Shown: positions 41,981 to 53,759, numbered from the stretch's first letter. The stretch is DNA of 64,000 nt from Clostridiaceae bacterium (GCA_012839865.1 DUMO01000041.1:4883-68882); one strand, 5' to 3'. Notes: a model not told the origin generated them from the letters alone. Made by a program: numbers and translations.

Positions 41981-42152
41981 TAATAGCAGATGGCTTATTT
42001 TTTCAGAAAACCAGGTGAGCTGAAGGCAAAAATGTGTGAAAAACAAGATGTTTTTTTAGCTTTTTTTAAGCCGCAGAGGGCGAGTAAAAAAGCGGTAGCA
42101 TTTTTGCTTCATCACGCCCGTCAGTTTTCTCAAAATAAGAGCCTTGCTATTA
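41981..42152. other. 172-nt imperfect palindrome / forked stem-loop of unknown function
   Basis: Arms 41981-42034 and 42099-42152 pair almost throughout; two small hairpins in the apex. Confidence 0.55.
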
Positions 42153-42265
42153 GAAAAGCCCGGGGCATCGGGCCCCGCTCGCTTTTAGCCGGATTTGCAT
42201 CGCAAATAACCCTGTTCTGCATATATTTCATGCCATAAGTATATATTCGTCCAACTTTGCAATAC

Positions 42266-42688
42266 CTATCGCTTCTTGTAAGCGATCTTGGTGTTGACGC
42301 CAAGTATGCCCCCTACTATTCCTGCCAGTATACCGATCAAAAACATGAAAAGCACATTTCTGTTTATTGAAAAGTCCATATATATGATGCTTCCCAGAAT
42401 AAATAAAACCAGCATATATAAAACACCGGTTATCCCTCCGTTCAGCCAGCCTCTGGATTTTATGCATCTGGCTGAAACCATTCCTGCCGCCATCACGCTT
42501 AAAATAGTAGTAATCAGGACAACAGGGGAAACAAGATTTGCGCATGAATCAATTTTGCTTAAAACAAGAGCAAATATGAAAAAAACCGGTATTGTTATTA
42601 TGTATGACACAACAAGCCCCTTAAGTATCGCGGTTAAATGAGAATATTCTTTTGTGGTTTTGGTCTTTTTGACGGCCATTTTATACAT
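42266..42688 (-). CDS. TIGR04086-family four-TM membrane protein
   Basis: SRGWLNG, GIVGGILGVN; lies after yajC and upstream of scfA. Start ATG 42688 after GGAGG. Confidence 0.85.
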   Translation of the reverse strand: MYKMAVKKTKTTKEYSHLTAILKGLVVSYIITIPVFFIFALVLSKIDSCANLVSPVVLITTILSVMAAGMVSARCIKSRGWLNGGITGVLYMLVLFILGSIIYMDFSINRNVLFMFLIGILAGIVGGILGVNTKIAYKKR

Positions 42689-42915
42689 GGTGCACCTCCA
42701 ATAGATAAAATTCAAATTACCGGTTGCAATTACCTTATTAATATCTATTTCAGTGCGTAAAAAGTTAGAACCGTCTTAAGCCGCCTCTTTAAAAAAAGCT
42801 TCGGGACAGTGAAGAAAGGGCTTGAGCTTTTAAATCAGCCAAAAAATCCTCCCCGGGGCAACATTCTTTTGGACAGTGAAAAGAGGGCTCGCGCCCTCAT
42901 ATTTCAATTGGAACA

Positions 42916-43251
42916 TCAACTTTCTACCGGTTTGTCCACATCCCTGACTGCCCACTTTTTGAATTGAATCTTGCTTTTTTCAATGCTTGTTTCGATAGTA
43001 ATCTCATCGTCTTTGATATTGACAACTTTTCCGGTAATACCGCCAATTGTTGTCACCTTGTCGCCGACAATAAGCTTATTAACCATTTCCTGCAACTTTT
43101 TCTCCCTTTTCTTTTGAGGACGAAATGCAATAAAATAAATCGCTCCTCCAAAAAACGCCAGATACAGGATAAGCCCTATTATACTGCTGGCCGGTGACAG
43201 AGCTTCCTCTGCTGCTGCAGGAGCTTCAGTAAGTAAAAACATAAAAGGCAT
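42916..43251 (-). CDS. yajC: Preprotein translocase subunit YajC
   Basis: TM plus RPQKKR, GDKVTTIGGI. Confidence 0.95.
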   Translation of the reverse strand: MPFMFLLTEAPAAAEEALSPASSIIGLILYLAFFGGAIYFIAFRPQKKREKKLQEMVNKLIVGDKVTTIGGITGKVVNIKDDEITIETSIEKSKIQFKKWAVRDVDKPVES

Positions 43252-43322
43252 GTTATTCCTCCTTGCGGTGTAAATTTATTTAATAAAGCTATTTTTCATA
43301 ACTTTAATAGCAACTGTACCAA

Positions 43323-44450
<1,128 letters not shown>

Positions 44451-44459
44451 TCACCTTTC

Positions 44460-45485
44460 CTATTTAATAAACATTGCATCCCCGAAGCTGAAAAACCTGT
44501 ACCTAAACTTAATAGCCTCCTGATAGGCATTCAGTATTTTCTCCCTTCCTGCCAGGGCACTCACAAGCATAAGCAATGTTGACTGGGGAAGATGAAAATT
44601 GGTAATCAAGGCATCCACAACTTTGAAATTATAGCCGGGATAAATAAAGATATCCGTCCTGCCTTCAAAGGGTTTGACATATCCTTCCCTGGCTCCTGCG
44701 GTCTCAAGTGCCCTGCAGCTGGTTGTTCCAACAGAAATTACCCTGTTCCCTCTTTCTTTGGCAAGGTTGATTGTCCGGCATGCCTTTTCATCTATTCGAA
44801 AATATTCCGAATGCATTTTATGTTCTTCCAGGTTTTCTACCTTTACAGGACGAAAAGTCCCAAGCCCCACATGAAGAGTAATATATGCAAGGTCAACTCC
44901 CTTATCGGTAATGGTCTTCAATAGTTCTTCAGTAAAATGAAGTCCCGCTGTAGGTGCCGCTGCTGAACCGGTATTCCTGGAATAAACGGTCTGGTATCTT
45001 TCAGGATCGTCAATGCCTTTTTTTATATATGGAGGAAGCGGGATAATACCAACCTGGTTCAAAACGTCTTCGAAAACCCCTTGATGCTCAAAACGCACAA
45101 TGCGGTTCCCTTCTTCAGCAACTTCAAGTATTTCAGCTTTCAAAAGACCGTTCCCAAACTGAAACCTGGCTCCGGGTTTTGCCCTTCTACCAGGTTTTAA
45201 GATTACTTCCCATACGTCTTCCCTGATCCTGTTCAATAAGACAAACTCAATCCTGCCTCCGGTGCCTTCCCTGGTTCCAAGCAGCCTTGCGGGCATCACC
45301 CGTGTATCATTCAATACAAGACAATCGCCTTTGTCAAGGTAGTCTGTTATATCTCTAAATATTCTATGCTCAATCACCCCGGTAGTCCTGTCAAGTACAA
45401 GAAGCCTTGACATTTGTCTCTCCTTTGAGGGTTCCTGGGCAATTAATTCTTCAGGCAAGTAATAATCAAAATCAGTGACTTTCAT
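44460..45485 (-). CDS. queA: SAM:tRNA ribosyltransferase-isomerase
   Basis: [35 protein letters not shown]. Confidence 0.98.
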   Translation of the reverse strand: MKVTDFDYYLPEELIAQEPSKERQMSRLLVLDRTTGVIEHRIFRDITDYLDKGDCLVLNDTRVMPARLLGTREGTGGRIEFVLLNRIREDVWEVILKPGRRAKPGARFQFGNGLLKAEILEVAEEGNRIVRFEHQGVFEDVLNQVGIIPLPPYIKKGIDDPERYQTVYSRNTGSAAAPTAGLHFTEELLKTITDKGVDLAYITLHVGLGTFRPVKVENLEEHKMHSEYFRIDEKACRTINLAKERGNRVISVGTTSCRALETAGAREGYVKPFEGRTDIFIYPGYNFKVVDALITNFHLPQSTLLMLVSALAGREKILNAYQEAIKFRYRFFSFGDAMFIK

Positions 45486-45667
45486 AATCTATCCTTACTT
45501 TTTTTGAAATAAGTTGCGGCAAAGGCCTTGAATATTACAAGAATATTCTTTCCAAGCATTGCAAATAATAATACACCAAAATGCTCAATTGCACAAGATA
45601 CTATGATTACAATTTTTACATTGGGAGCCTTGCAACTGTTTCGTGTATAAATCCCTTCGAAATGCAG

Positions 45668-47296
45668 CTATTGGACAACTGCGCCGGTATAATAATACTG
45701 TAAAATCTCCTGAAAATTGAACCCGGCATTGGCCATGCCTTTTGCCCCCTCCTGGCTCATACCCAGCCCGTGGCCCCATCCATGGCCTATGAATTTATAG
45801 CTTTGAGAAGTGTTTGAAATGCTGACAATTTTTCCGTCAGCTCCGATAATTGATATGCTTGAACCAGAAAGCAAACCGGTTCCGGTGGAAGTTACTATAT
45901 ATTTATTATCAAGGGTGTTGATTTCAGGAGAATAAACAACACCTGTAATATAAACTTTTTGACCGTCGCTGCTGATGGTATACATCTGGCTTCTTAATCC
46001 AAATATGGTCCTGCACTCGTCTTTTTTATAGACCTTCCTTCCTTTTGTCCCGGTAACAACCAGTTCAATCACCCTGCCGCTGTCGGAATAACGGGTTGCT
46101 GCAACATTGGTGATGTCACCGATATCGCTTCCTACATACTGTTTTATTTGTGCAAGAGTCAAAGTTACTTCCCAATTTCTATACTGGGCGGATTCAGGTT
46201 CATAGCTGTCATCAACGCTTTTAAGGTACGGTATTTCATAGTTGCCCCATACGTTGATGTAGTCCTCGGTTTTGCCGCCGCTGGTGCTGAAATAGAATGC
46301 ATTGATAAGCTGTCCGTTGTATGTCAAAACTTTTCCCCTTGTTTCATCCACCGCCTGGTTTGTAGACGGTTTCTCAGAGTCATAGCCTTTGTAAACCTGG
46401 GTGTTCATTGAATTGCACAGGTCGAAGTACCACTTGGAATATTTCCCCAGGGTAGCTGCTGCATAAGTCCTGGCGGCGACAGCCTGTGCTTTCAAAGCTT
46501 CTATGGGTGAATTATAGCCCATTTCAATCGGGACTACTCCATATAAGTATTCTTCAAAGGGCAATATGTTTATCACCGTCATATCACTGTCCCAAAATCT
46601 TCTGACTTCCAGGTATCCCCTGTAATTGGAATTGTTCAATGTCAATTTGTAAGGATTGTTTTCACTCTGGGGTCTGATCTGAAGAGCTCCTGACCCCGAG
46701 CTGTAAACAAACATTACCTGCCCGCCTGTTGAAATTACTATTCGTGAAGATGACGGTTCCACCACCTTGTAAGCTCCCAAACCAAGGATGTCTTCCACCA
46801 GGGTAATCCCGCCTTGTGCCTCTTCGCTGCTTTTATAGAAGCCGGCCCAGATCTCCCATGAACCTGTATATACGGGGTATGCATCAATTCCTTTTTGCCT
46901 GTAAACCATAATACTTGTAATTATTGATTCCAACTCACCAAAGGGGCCGCCTATAAAAACATGATAAGGTCCATATACTTTGCCATCCGGTAAACTATTC
47001 GGACTGCACTCTTTTAACGTTCCGTTTGTTTCATAAAAGTAGCTGTCTTTACGGATATTATATGTACTGCTTGTTTTGTCTTCGAGTAATACTTTGAAAT
47101 CGGATACTGTATATTCCCCGAATATTAATCCCTTTCCAGCACTCACATTAAAGCTGCTTACGCCATTATCGCCATAATAAAGCCCTATTCTTATATAGTT
47201 TGGAATTGAATATTGGGCATAAGCCGTGGTATTGCAAAAAAGTGCAGAAATAATCAAAGCCAGGCAAACAAATATTTTAGTGAAATGCTTTTTCAT
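45668..47296 (-). CDS. SpoIID/LytB-domain secreted protein
   Basis: Signal peptide; YRG; EEYLYGVVPIEM; ALKAQAVAARTY; QVYKG; GWGHGLGMSQ. A sigma-H-like AGGA-N17-GAAA lies upstream. Confidence 0.92.
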   Translation of the reverse strand: MKKHFTKIFVCLALIISALFCNTTAYAQYSIPNYIRIGLYYGDNGVSSFNVSAGKGLIFGEYTVSDFKVLLEDKTSSTYNIRKDSYFYETNGTLKECSPNSLPDGKVYGPYHVFIGGPFGELESIITSIMVYRQKGIDAYPVYTGSWEIWAGFYKSSEEAQGGITLVEDILGLGAYKVVEPSSSRIVISTGGQVMFVYSSGSGALQIRPQSENNPYKLTLNNSNYRGYLEVRRFWDSDMTVINILPFEEYLYGVVPIEMGYNSPIEALKAQAVAARTYAAATLGKYSKWYFDLCNSMNTQVYKGYDSEKPSTNQAVDETRGKVLTYNGQLINAFYFSTSGGKTEDYINVWGNYEIPYLKSVDDSYEPESAQYRNWEVTLTLAQIKQYVGSDIGDITNVAATRYSDSGRVIELVVTGTKGRKVYKKDECRTIFGLRSQMYTISSDGQKVYITGVVYSPEINTLDNKYIVTSTGTGLLSGSSISIIGADGKIVSISNTSQSYKFIGHGWGHGLGMSQEGAKGMANAGFNFQEILQYYYTGAVVQ

Positions 47297-47607
47297 TATT
47301 TATCCCCTTTTTTTCTTTGGTAAAATACAATAATTTTAATATTTCGACAATTGGCTTTATATTCCTGCCGGAATTGTCATCTTTAATAATCCTGTAACAT
47401 TTTACAAAGCAAATTGTACATGCACTATTTCATAAATTTCTGAATAAAATTATAAAAGAAGTCTGTGACAGATACTTTTTAGCCGGCTGCACCACTTTTA
47501 CGCTGCTGTTTTGACATAACCCCCCCCGAAGATGACAGTACATAAATTATGGATGAATATTAAAAATAATAGCTTTGCTTTATTTAATTTGGCGGTATAA
47601 GAAAAGT

Positions 47608-47636
47608 TTGACATCCTGTATTTGTGGTGTTATCAT
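47608..47636 (+). promoter_or_regulatory. Sigma-A promoter of the dapAB leader
   Basis: TTGACA-N17-TATCAT with extended TG. Confidence 0.75.
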
Positions 47637-47648
47637 AATATAAAAATA

Positions 47649-47912
47649 CGATAGAGGTGCATTTTTCATTAGTATAACTACAGAGAAATATGGGTCTTAA
47701 AAACATTATCTCCCAAAAAATACGAAATTGTTCATGTCTGCGGACTGAAGCTTCAGAAAAATATGGTTTTGCTGTGAGAAATACCGGGGATAGTGGTCAT
47801 GTAGTTTGAAAGGGAAAAGTGCCGAAGGATGTTTGTTTCCCCATAAAATAGACATCCTGGGTATACAGTTAAGAGCTGTATAACTGTCATCGTTTATGAT
47901 GAAGCGCTATCG
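47649..47912 (+). promoter_or_regulatory. Lysine riboswitch (L-box) with a large insertion in P2
   Basis: P1 CGATAG/CTATCG; AGAGGTGC; loop-E AGTA/GAA; GCCGAA; ACTGTC; GCGCT; kissing loops TATGGG/CCCATA; upstream of dapA. Confidence 0.88.
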
Positions 47913-47947
47913 GAAGTCATAAAAACTGTGTTAATGGTTATTAAGAC

Positions 47948-47981
47948 GGCTGGTATTTCGCTTTATGATACCAGCTTTTTT
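47948..47981 (+). terminator. Riboswitch expression-platform terminator
   Basis: gctggtat...ataccagc followed by a T-run. Confidence 0.8.
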
Positions 47982-48163
47982 CAGTTCAACCCTTATTGCT
48001 TAAAGTATTATGTATATAATAATTCAAGCATGATTATAATTTAAATAGCTGCCCGGAAAATTTTATGCAGCAAGGCAAGAAAAACCAGGGAAACGAACAA
48101 AACCGCTTCATCAGCTTTTTGGAAATAAGCTTGGCCGGAAGGCCATAACTAAATAATGAAAGG

Positions 48164-49057
48164 ATGGCATTATTTATGAAGAAACCGATATTTACAGGCT
48201 CAGGAGTTGCAATTGTTACTCCATTTACAGATACTGGTGTTGATTTTGATAAACTTGAAGAACTTATTGAATTCCAAATTAAAGAGGGCACAAATTCCAT
48301 AGTTGTTTGCGGAACTACGGGAGAAGCTTCAACCATGCCCGATGATGAACATATAAGCGTCATCAGGTTTGCAGTTGAAAAAGTAAATAAACGTGTCCCT
48401 GTAATAGCAGGCACAGGCAGCAACGATACCGTGCATGCAATAAAGCTGAGCCAGTTGGCAGAAGATGTTGGTGCTGACGCTATATTAAGTGTTTCCCCGT
48501 ATTATAATAAAACAACCCAGAAGGGTTTATATGAGCATTTCAAGGCAATTGCCAACAGCATCAGCATACCGGTGGTGCTTTATAACGTGCCTTCAAGGAC
48601 CGGAATGAACATAAATCCTGAAACTGTAAAGCAATTATCCGAGGTTGAAAACATAACAGCCATAAAAGAATGCAATCTTGCCCAGGTCGGAGACATTGTG
48701 AACCTCTGTGGCGATGATATGACTATTTATTCCGGAGAAGACGCAAATGTAGTTCCGCTGCTTGCCATGGGTGGTAAAGGTGTAATTTCGGTTATGGCAA
48801 ACATTATTCCAAAGGATACAAGCAAAATGGTTATAAAGTTCCTGAATGGCGATGTTGAAGGAAGCCGGAAAATTCAACTGGCTACTCTTGAACTGATTAA
48901 AGCATTATTTATTGAAGTAAATCCAATTCCCATTAAAGCAGCAATGAACTTAATGGGTATGAATGTAGGCAAATGCCGAATGCCCCTTGTGGATATGAGT
49001 GAAAAAAACCTGGAATTTCTGAAAAAAGCTATGAAAAACTATGGCCTGATTGATTAA
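48164..49057 (+). CDS. dapA: 4-hydroxy-tetrahydrodipicolinate synthase
   Basis: GTTGE, PYYNK, LYNVPSRTG, IKE, NPIPIK. Start may be ATG 48176. Confidence 0.97.
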   Translation: MALFMKKPIFTGSGVAIVTPFTDTGVDFDKLEELIEFQIKEGTNSIVVCGTTGEASTMPDDEHISVIRFAVEKVNKRVPVIAGTGSNDTVHAIKLSQLAEDVGADAILSVSPYYNKTTQKGLYEHFKAIANSISIPVVLYNVPSRTGMNINPETVKQLSEVENITAIKECNLAQVGDIVNLCGDDMTIYSGEDANVVPLLAMGGKGVISVMANIIPKDTSKMVIKFLNGDVEGSRKIQLATLELIKALFIEVNPIPIKAAMNLMGMNVGKCRMPLVDMSEKNLEFLKKAMKNYGLID

Positions 49058-49202
49058 GCCCTGATATTCAAGTAAGGTTAAGATGCAAAGACTTTGCCTT
49101 TGTTCAAGGCAATATGCAAACAAGCGGATCTCTTAAAGTCAGTGAAAATACATAAAGATAAATGGCACTGTCATTTTAGTGCCCGGAAGGTGTGATTTTA
49201 AA

Positions 49203-49961
49203 ATGGTTAATATATTTTTGAGCGGATGTAACGGAAAAATGGGACAGGTGATAACAAGACTCGCCGCTTTGGATGATGAAGTAAAAATTGCCGGGGGGCT
49301 TGACATAAATACTTCTATCAAAAATGACTATCCGGTATTCACCGATTTGGCAAACGTAAATGTCCGGTTTGATGTCATCCTGGATTTTTCCCACCCCAGC
49401 GTATTTGATAAAATACTTGAATTTGCCCTTAAAACAAATAAGCCTTTGGTTATGGCTACAACCGGTCTGTCTTCGGAACAAAAAATGAAACTCAGGGATG
49501 CTGGATTAAAAATACCGGTTTTATTCAGTGCCAACATGTCTCTGGGAATCAACCTGCTGGTTGACCTTGTAAAAAGGGCCGCAAAAGCACTTTACGGGAA
49601 CTTTGACATAGAAATAATCGAGAAGCACCACAGCCAAAAAATTGATGCTCCAAGCGGAACCGCCCTTGTACTTGCAGATGAAATCAACTCTGTAATTGAG
49701 CAAAAATGCGAATATGTATATGACAGGCACTCCAAGAGAAGAAAAAGAAATTCAAATGAAATCGGAATACATGCGGTACGGGGTGGAACAATAGTCGGTG
49801 AACATTCTGTAATATTTGCCGGTACCGACGAAATAATAGAAATAAACCACAGGGCTACGTCTAAAGACATATTCGGAGTTGGCGCATTAAGAGCGTCAAA
49901 GTTTATATACCATATGAAACCCGGTTTTTACAGCATGAATGATATGTTCAACGAGCTTTAA
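49203..49961 (+). CDS. dapB: 4-hydroxy-tetrahydrodipicolinate reductase
   Basis: GCNGKMG, DFS, ATTG, EKHHSQKIDAPSGTA. Start set to ATG 49203. Confidence 0.97.
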   Translation: MVNIFLSGCNGKMGQVITRLAALDDEVKIAGGLDINTSIKNDYPVFTDLANVNVRFDVILDFSHPSVFDKILEFALKTNKPLVMATTGLSSEQKMKLRDAGLKIPVLFSANMSLGINLLVDLVKRAAKALYGNFDIEIIEKHHSQKIDAPSGTALVLADEINSVIEQKCEYVYDRHSKRRKRNSNEIGIHAVRGGTIVGEHSVIFAGTDEIIEINHRATSKDIFGVGALRASKFIYHMKPGFYSMNDMFNEL

Positions 49962-50231
49962 AGAATGTGGTTGAATTTGCACTGTACAGAAAAACTGACG
50001 CCGTTTAAGCTGTCAGTTTTTTACTTTTATAGGCATTTAGCAATAATTGCTTTATATTATCTTTGCTTCTGCTCTTTAAAACTGCAACCCTGCTTCGTTG
50101 CATCTGTTCTTAAGCCCAATCGTCGCTTTGCCTTTCAATATTTTCAGGTGTAAGGTCCTCTGATTCAGTCATCATTTTAAGCAGTAATTTCTGCTTCACT
50201 ACCGCTATTTTAAGCCGCCAGGTTGCCTGTA

Positions 50232-51203
50232 TTACTTGCCGCTGTTTTCCTCTGCACTGTCCACATCGCCGTTGGTATTCTCAGCCTTGTCATTTTCCTC
50301 TGTACTGCTGTCATCTACAGCTGCATTGCCTTCTGCCCCACTACTGATTTCTTCTCCTGCAATGGTGCCTTCCTCTGCATTGCCGGCACCGTCAGCCTGT
50401 TCAATTTTATCGATCATGTACTTTTTAAGCTGCGGATATACATAGAAGTTAATAATCAAACCTGTCAGGCTGTAAGTGAGAAACGGAAACAGTACTGCTC
50501 CGATTAATGAATTAAAATAAAATGAAGCTAAAACCAACCCGGCAACCAGGACCAATATCAGCAGGTTTGGTATGAATTTCATCACAGCAAATATAAAGGC
50601 ATTCTTATACAACTGTCTGGTGGACAATTTGAATGTAACCATCATGGGATATATATAAAAATGCATCATTACATAGATTACAAAAAACATTACCAACATG
50701 CCGCTGGCAATGGGTTTTATGTTGGAAGTCATTGTTCCGTAAATATTCAAATCAAATCCTATGATGAACACAACAAACAAGTCAATCAAGCTTACCAGCA
50801 ATCCCTGCTTGAAGTTGTCCTTGAATGCATCCTTGAAATCCCACCACAAAAAAGCATGCTCTTCTCTGGAGTAATTCCTCAGTATATAGGTAAATCCTGC
50901 CTGTACCGGACCTACAGTAATAACAGGAATGCAAATAAAAATTGAACCTATGATCAACCTTACCAAGAGATCCATCAGGGCATCTTCAAACATTATCTGC
51001 GGTATATAATAATGCGACAGAAAAAATACAAAAACAACAGCAGGCAGGTTAAACAGAAAAAACATCATGTTAAGCCTGACAAGGGGCCAAAATTTCCTGC
51101 CAAGCACCTCAAAAAAGACTATAAACCTCGCTTTAGGCGGAGCATCCTTTGGTATGCCCGGTCCTGGCTTGGTATAATCGAAGAACCCAAAAAAACCTGC
51201 CAT
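50232..51203 (-). CDS. YesL/DUF624-family membrane protein with acidic tail
   Basis: KPGPGI, ITVGPVQAG..YILRN, FKDNFKQ; multiple TM segments. Confidence 0.85.
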   Translation of the reverse strand: MAGFFGFFDYTKPGPGIPKDAPPKARFIVFFEVLGRKFWPLVRLNMMFFLFNLPAVVFVFFLSHYYIPQIMFEDALMDLLVRLIIGSIFICIPVITVGPVQAGFTYILRNYSREEHAFLWWDFKDAFKDNFKQGLLVSLIDLFVVFIIGFDLNIYGTMTSNIKPIASGMLVMFFVIYVMMHFYIYPMMVTFKLSTRQLYKNAFIFAVMKFIPNLLILVLVAGLVLASFYFNSLIGAVLFPFLTYSLTGLIINFYVYPQLKKYMIDKIEQADGAGNAEEGTIAGEEISSGAEGNAAVDDSSTEENDKAENTNGDVDSAEENSGK

Positions 51204-51581
51204 TTAATAACCCCTTTCAAGCAAAAAATACGCTTATAAGCTCGTAATTGCGCTGAAAAATTTCGCTCCGGCAATATCCGGTTCATATTTAACATTAATA
51301 GTATACTTCTAACATTACATTTTAACAATAGTTGATAGCATAATCAACCACATTTTCAGCAACCATTTTTTTGCTTTGCGTGTTCACTTTAAAGAGTACA
51401 GGAAAAAAAGCAATTAAATAATAAAAAAATACCTTGTTATTAAGTAATTTAAGTGAGCCGGCTTTAGGCAGACTCAACGGACATTACTTAATTCCAAGGT
51501 AATAATACTGTGTTTCCGTAACCATGCTGAAAACAGCCTGTCAGGATATGCTTGTTTATATAAAAGCTTTATATAACTAAA

Positions 51582-51822
51582 AGGGGTAAGAATTTTAATA
51601 CAATGAATTTTCTTCTCAAGCCTTGAGGTACCAATACCACAAGCTTTTCAGGTTCTGCATTGTTGCTTCATAAATACTGCTCTCCGACCAACCTGCAACG
51701 AATATTACCAAACAAAAAGGAAGTTCAATTAAATTCTACGAAAAACCACCAACCTGGCTGCGATAAATCAACGACTTAACTTTCTGCAAACCAACAAATC
51801 AACTACATAAATTCTTACCCCT
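51582..51822. mobile_element. MITE-like element bounded by perfect 14-bp terminal inverted repeats
   Basis: aggggtaagaattt (51582-51595) / aaattcttacccct (51809-51822). No ORF inside and no clear target duplication. Confidence 0.5.
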
Positions 51823-51926
51823 GATAGCATCTTAAGTTAATCATACATGCCCTTTGCATCAGCAAGCTTTTGATGGAAGCTTGCAACAACCGGCCTCAAC
51901 AATACCAAATATATAATGAAGATAAA

Positions 51927-52517
51927 TTAATAAGCCTCTACGTAAACCTCAAAGAAAGATTGCGGATGAGCACAAGCCGGGCATAAGCCGGGAGCTTCAG
52001 GTCCTTCATGAACATAACCGCAGTTACCGCATTTCCATTTGATTTTTTCCGGTTTTTTGAATACAAGTCCGTTTTCAATATTGTATGCAAGCTTGCTGTA
52101 TCTTATTTCATGGTATTTCTCTGATACCGAAATCATTCTGAATACCTCGGCAATTTCCGGGAAACCTTCCTCCTCTGCAACCTTGGCAAAAGCAGGATAA
52201 AGATCTTCGCACTCTTCATGTTCACCAGCTTGTGCAGCCCTCAGATTCTCAAGGGTTGTGCCCTGTGCCACCGGGTAACCTGCATTGATTTCTATTGTCG
52301 CAGGCAACTCGCCTTTGAAACCTTCCAGAAGAAATTTATAAAACCTTTTGGCATGCTCCTTCTCATTGTCTGCAGTTTCAATGAATATGTTCCTTATCTG
52401 CTTGTAACCTTCCTTGTCGGCAACTGACGCAAAGAAAGTGTATCTGTTGCGTGCCTGTGATTCACCGGCAAATGCCTTAAGCAGATTCTCAGCAGTCTTT
52501 GTACCCTTCAAATTCAT
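51927..52517 (-). CDS. rbr: Rubrerythrin
   Basis: AFAGESQARNRY, EKEHA, WKCGNCGY, CPACAHP. Confidence 0.96.
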   Translation of the reverse strand: MNLKGTKTAENLLKAFAGESQARNRYTFFASVADKEGYKQIRNIFIETADNEKEHAKRFYKFLLEGFKGELPATIEINAGYPVAQGTTLENLRAAQAGEHEECEDLYPAFAKVAEEEGFPEIAEVFRMISVSEKYHEIRYSKLAYNIENGLVFKKPEKIKWKCGNCGYVHEGPEAPGLCPACAHPQSFFEVYVEAY

Positions 52518-52797
52518 GCAAAAACCTCCTTGTGAATTGTTAATGTTTTCTTATTCTTAATATACCATTAATAATGAAACTTAAACAACTATTTTGAAAG
52601 TCAATATGATATTCCTTACACGATGAAAAATGGAGTAAAATGAATATAATTGTACAAAAAAAGTTTACCACAAAAAAAGCCTGGTTTTACCTTTTCCTGA
52701 ATTATCAAAATTTATTTTATTGTTTTCGTAAATGTAGATTAAAAAATGCTGAATTATGCAGAAAACCCGCTAATATAGCGGGTTTTCGGACAATTTG

Positions 52798-52882
52798 TGG
52801 TGCGGTCGATGGGACTTGAACCCATACGAGGCCCCTCACACGCCCCTCAAACGTGCGCGTCTGCCAGTTCCGCCACGACCGC
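52798..52882 (-). tRNA. tRNA-Leu (GAG)
   Basis: GCGGTCG/CGACCGC acceptor; CACGT-TTGAGGG-GCGTG; long variable arm; CCA; terminator 52761-52787. Confidence 0.97.
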
Positions 52883-52994
52883 ATATTTAAAAATGACTGT
52901 TTTAATTAAGTGCTACTGTTCGCAAACAGCATAATTCATTATACTAGCATAGAATTTGCATGTCAATACTTCTAATCAGAAAATTTCGTGGCAC

Positions 52995-53738
52995 TTATGT
53001 TATTGTTTTCAAAAAATCCAGGGTAGTATATTTTTTTTCAAGGCGTTCACTCAGGTACCGGCCAAATACATGCTCCAGTTCATTTAACACACTTTCGGAG
53101 ACCCGAAAGCCAAATAAAGAATCACTGTCTGAAAAGGCAATGTATTGTATGGCCCGTGCCGCAGCAGGACTGAGTTTATATGAAGATTTATCGGTCTGGG
53201 AACAATTGCTGCATAAAAAACCGCAACTTTCAAAACTAAAGCTTACATTATCAAGATCCGTGCCGCTGCAAGCCATGCACCCTCTTACATCAGGAGAATA
53301 TCCCGATAAGACCAGCAGCCTCATTTCAAAAACACGTGCTATGAATCTCGGGTCATGTTTTCCTGCGGCAAGCAAATAAAGTGAGTTTAAAAAAAGCTTG
53401 AGCAGACTCATTGCCGGTTCATTTTCCTGCACCACGTCATTGATTATTTCTGCAAAATAAGCAGAATATGTCAACCTGATTATATCATTTCTAAGATTAT
53501 AAAAATGCTCAATGAGCCGGCAACTGTTTATTGAATACATTTCTTTTCCCGAAAAAAAAACAAAATCACTGTAGCATAAAAACTGGGTACTTGCAGTAAG
53601 GCTGTTTTTGGGCCTTCTGGCACCCCTGGCGTAAGCAGAAATCTTACCTTTGCTTTCTGTAAAAATTGTCACAACCTTGTCTGCTTCGCCTGTATTGACC
53701 TCTTTTATAATAATGCCTTTTGTTTTTAAAAAAGCCAT
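52995..53738 (-). CDS. recO: DNA repair protein RecO
   Basis: GEADK, ARGARRPK, CMAC...CSNC zinc site; follows era. Start set to ATG 53738. Confidence 0.95.
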   Translation of the reverse strand: MAFLKTKGIIIKEVNTGEADKVVTIFTESKGKISAYARGARRPKNSLTASTQFLCYSDFVFFSGKEMYSINSCRLIEHFYNLRNDIIRLTYSAYFAEIINDVVQENEPAMSLLKLFLNSLYLLAAGKHDPRFIARVFEMRLLVLSGYSPDVRGCMACSGTDLDNVSFSFESCGFLCSNCSQTDKSSYKLSPAAARAIQYIAFSDSDSLFGFRVSESVLNELEHVFGRYLSERLEKKYTTLDFLKTIT

Positions 53739-53759
53739 TATGACTCCCCTTAAAATCAA

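Noticed and set aside
41990-42238. 82-aa plus-strand ORF
   Set aside because: No RBS or domain; lies over the palindromic structure.
42804-42889. Two imperfect ggacagtgaa..agggct direct repeats
   Set aside because: Only two short copies, one being part of the yajC terminator; probably a local duplication.
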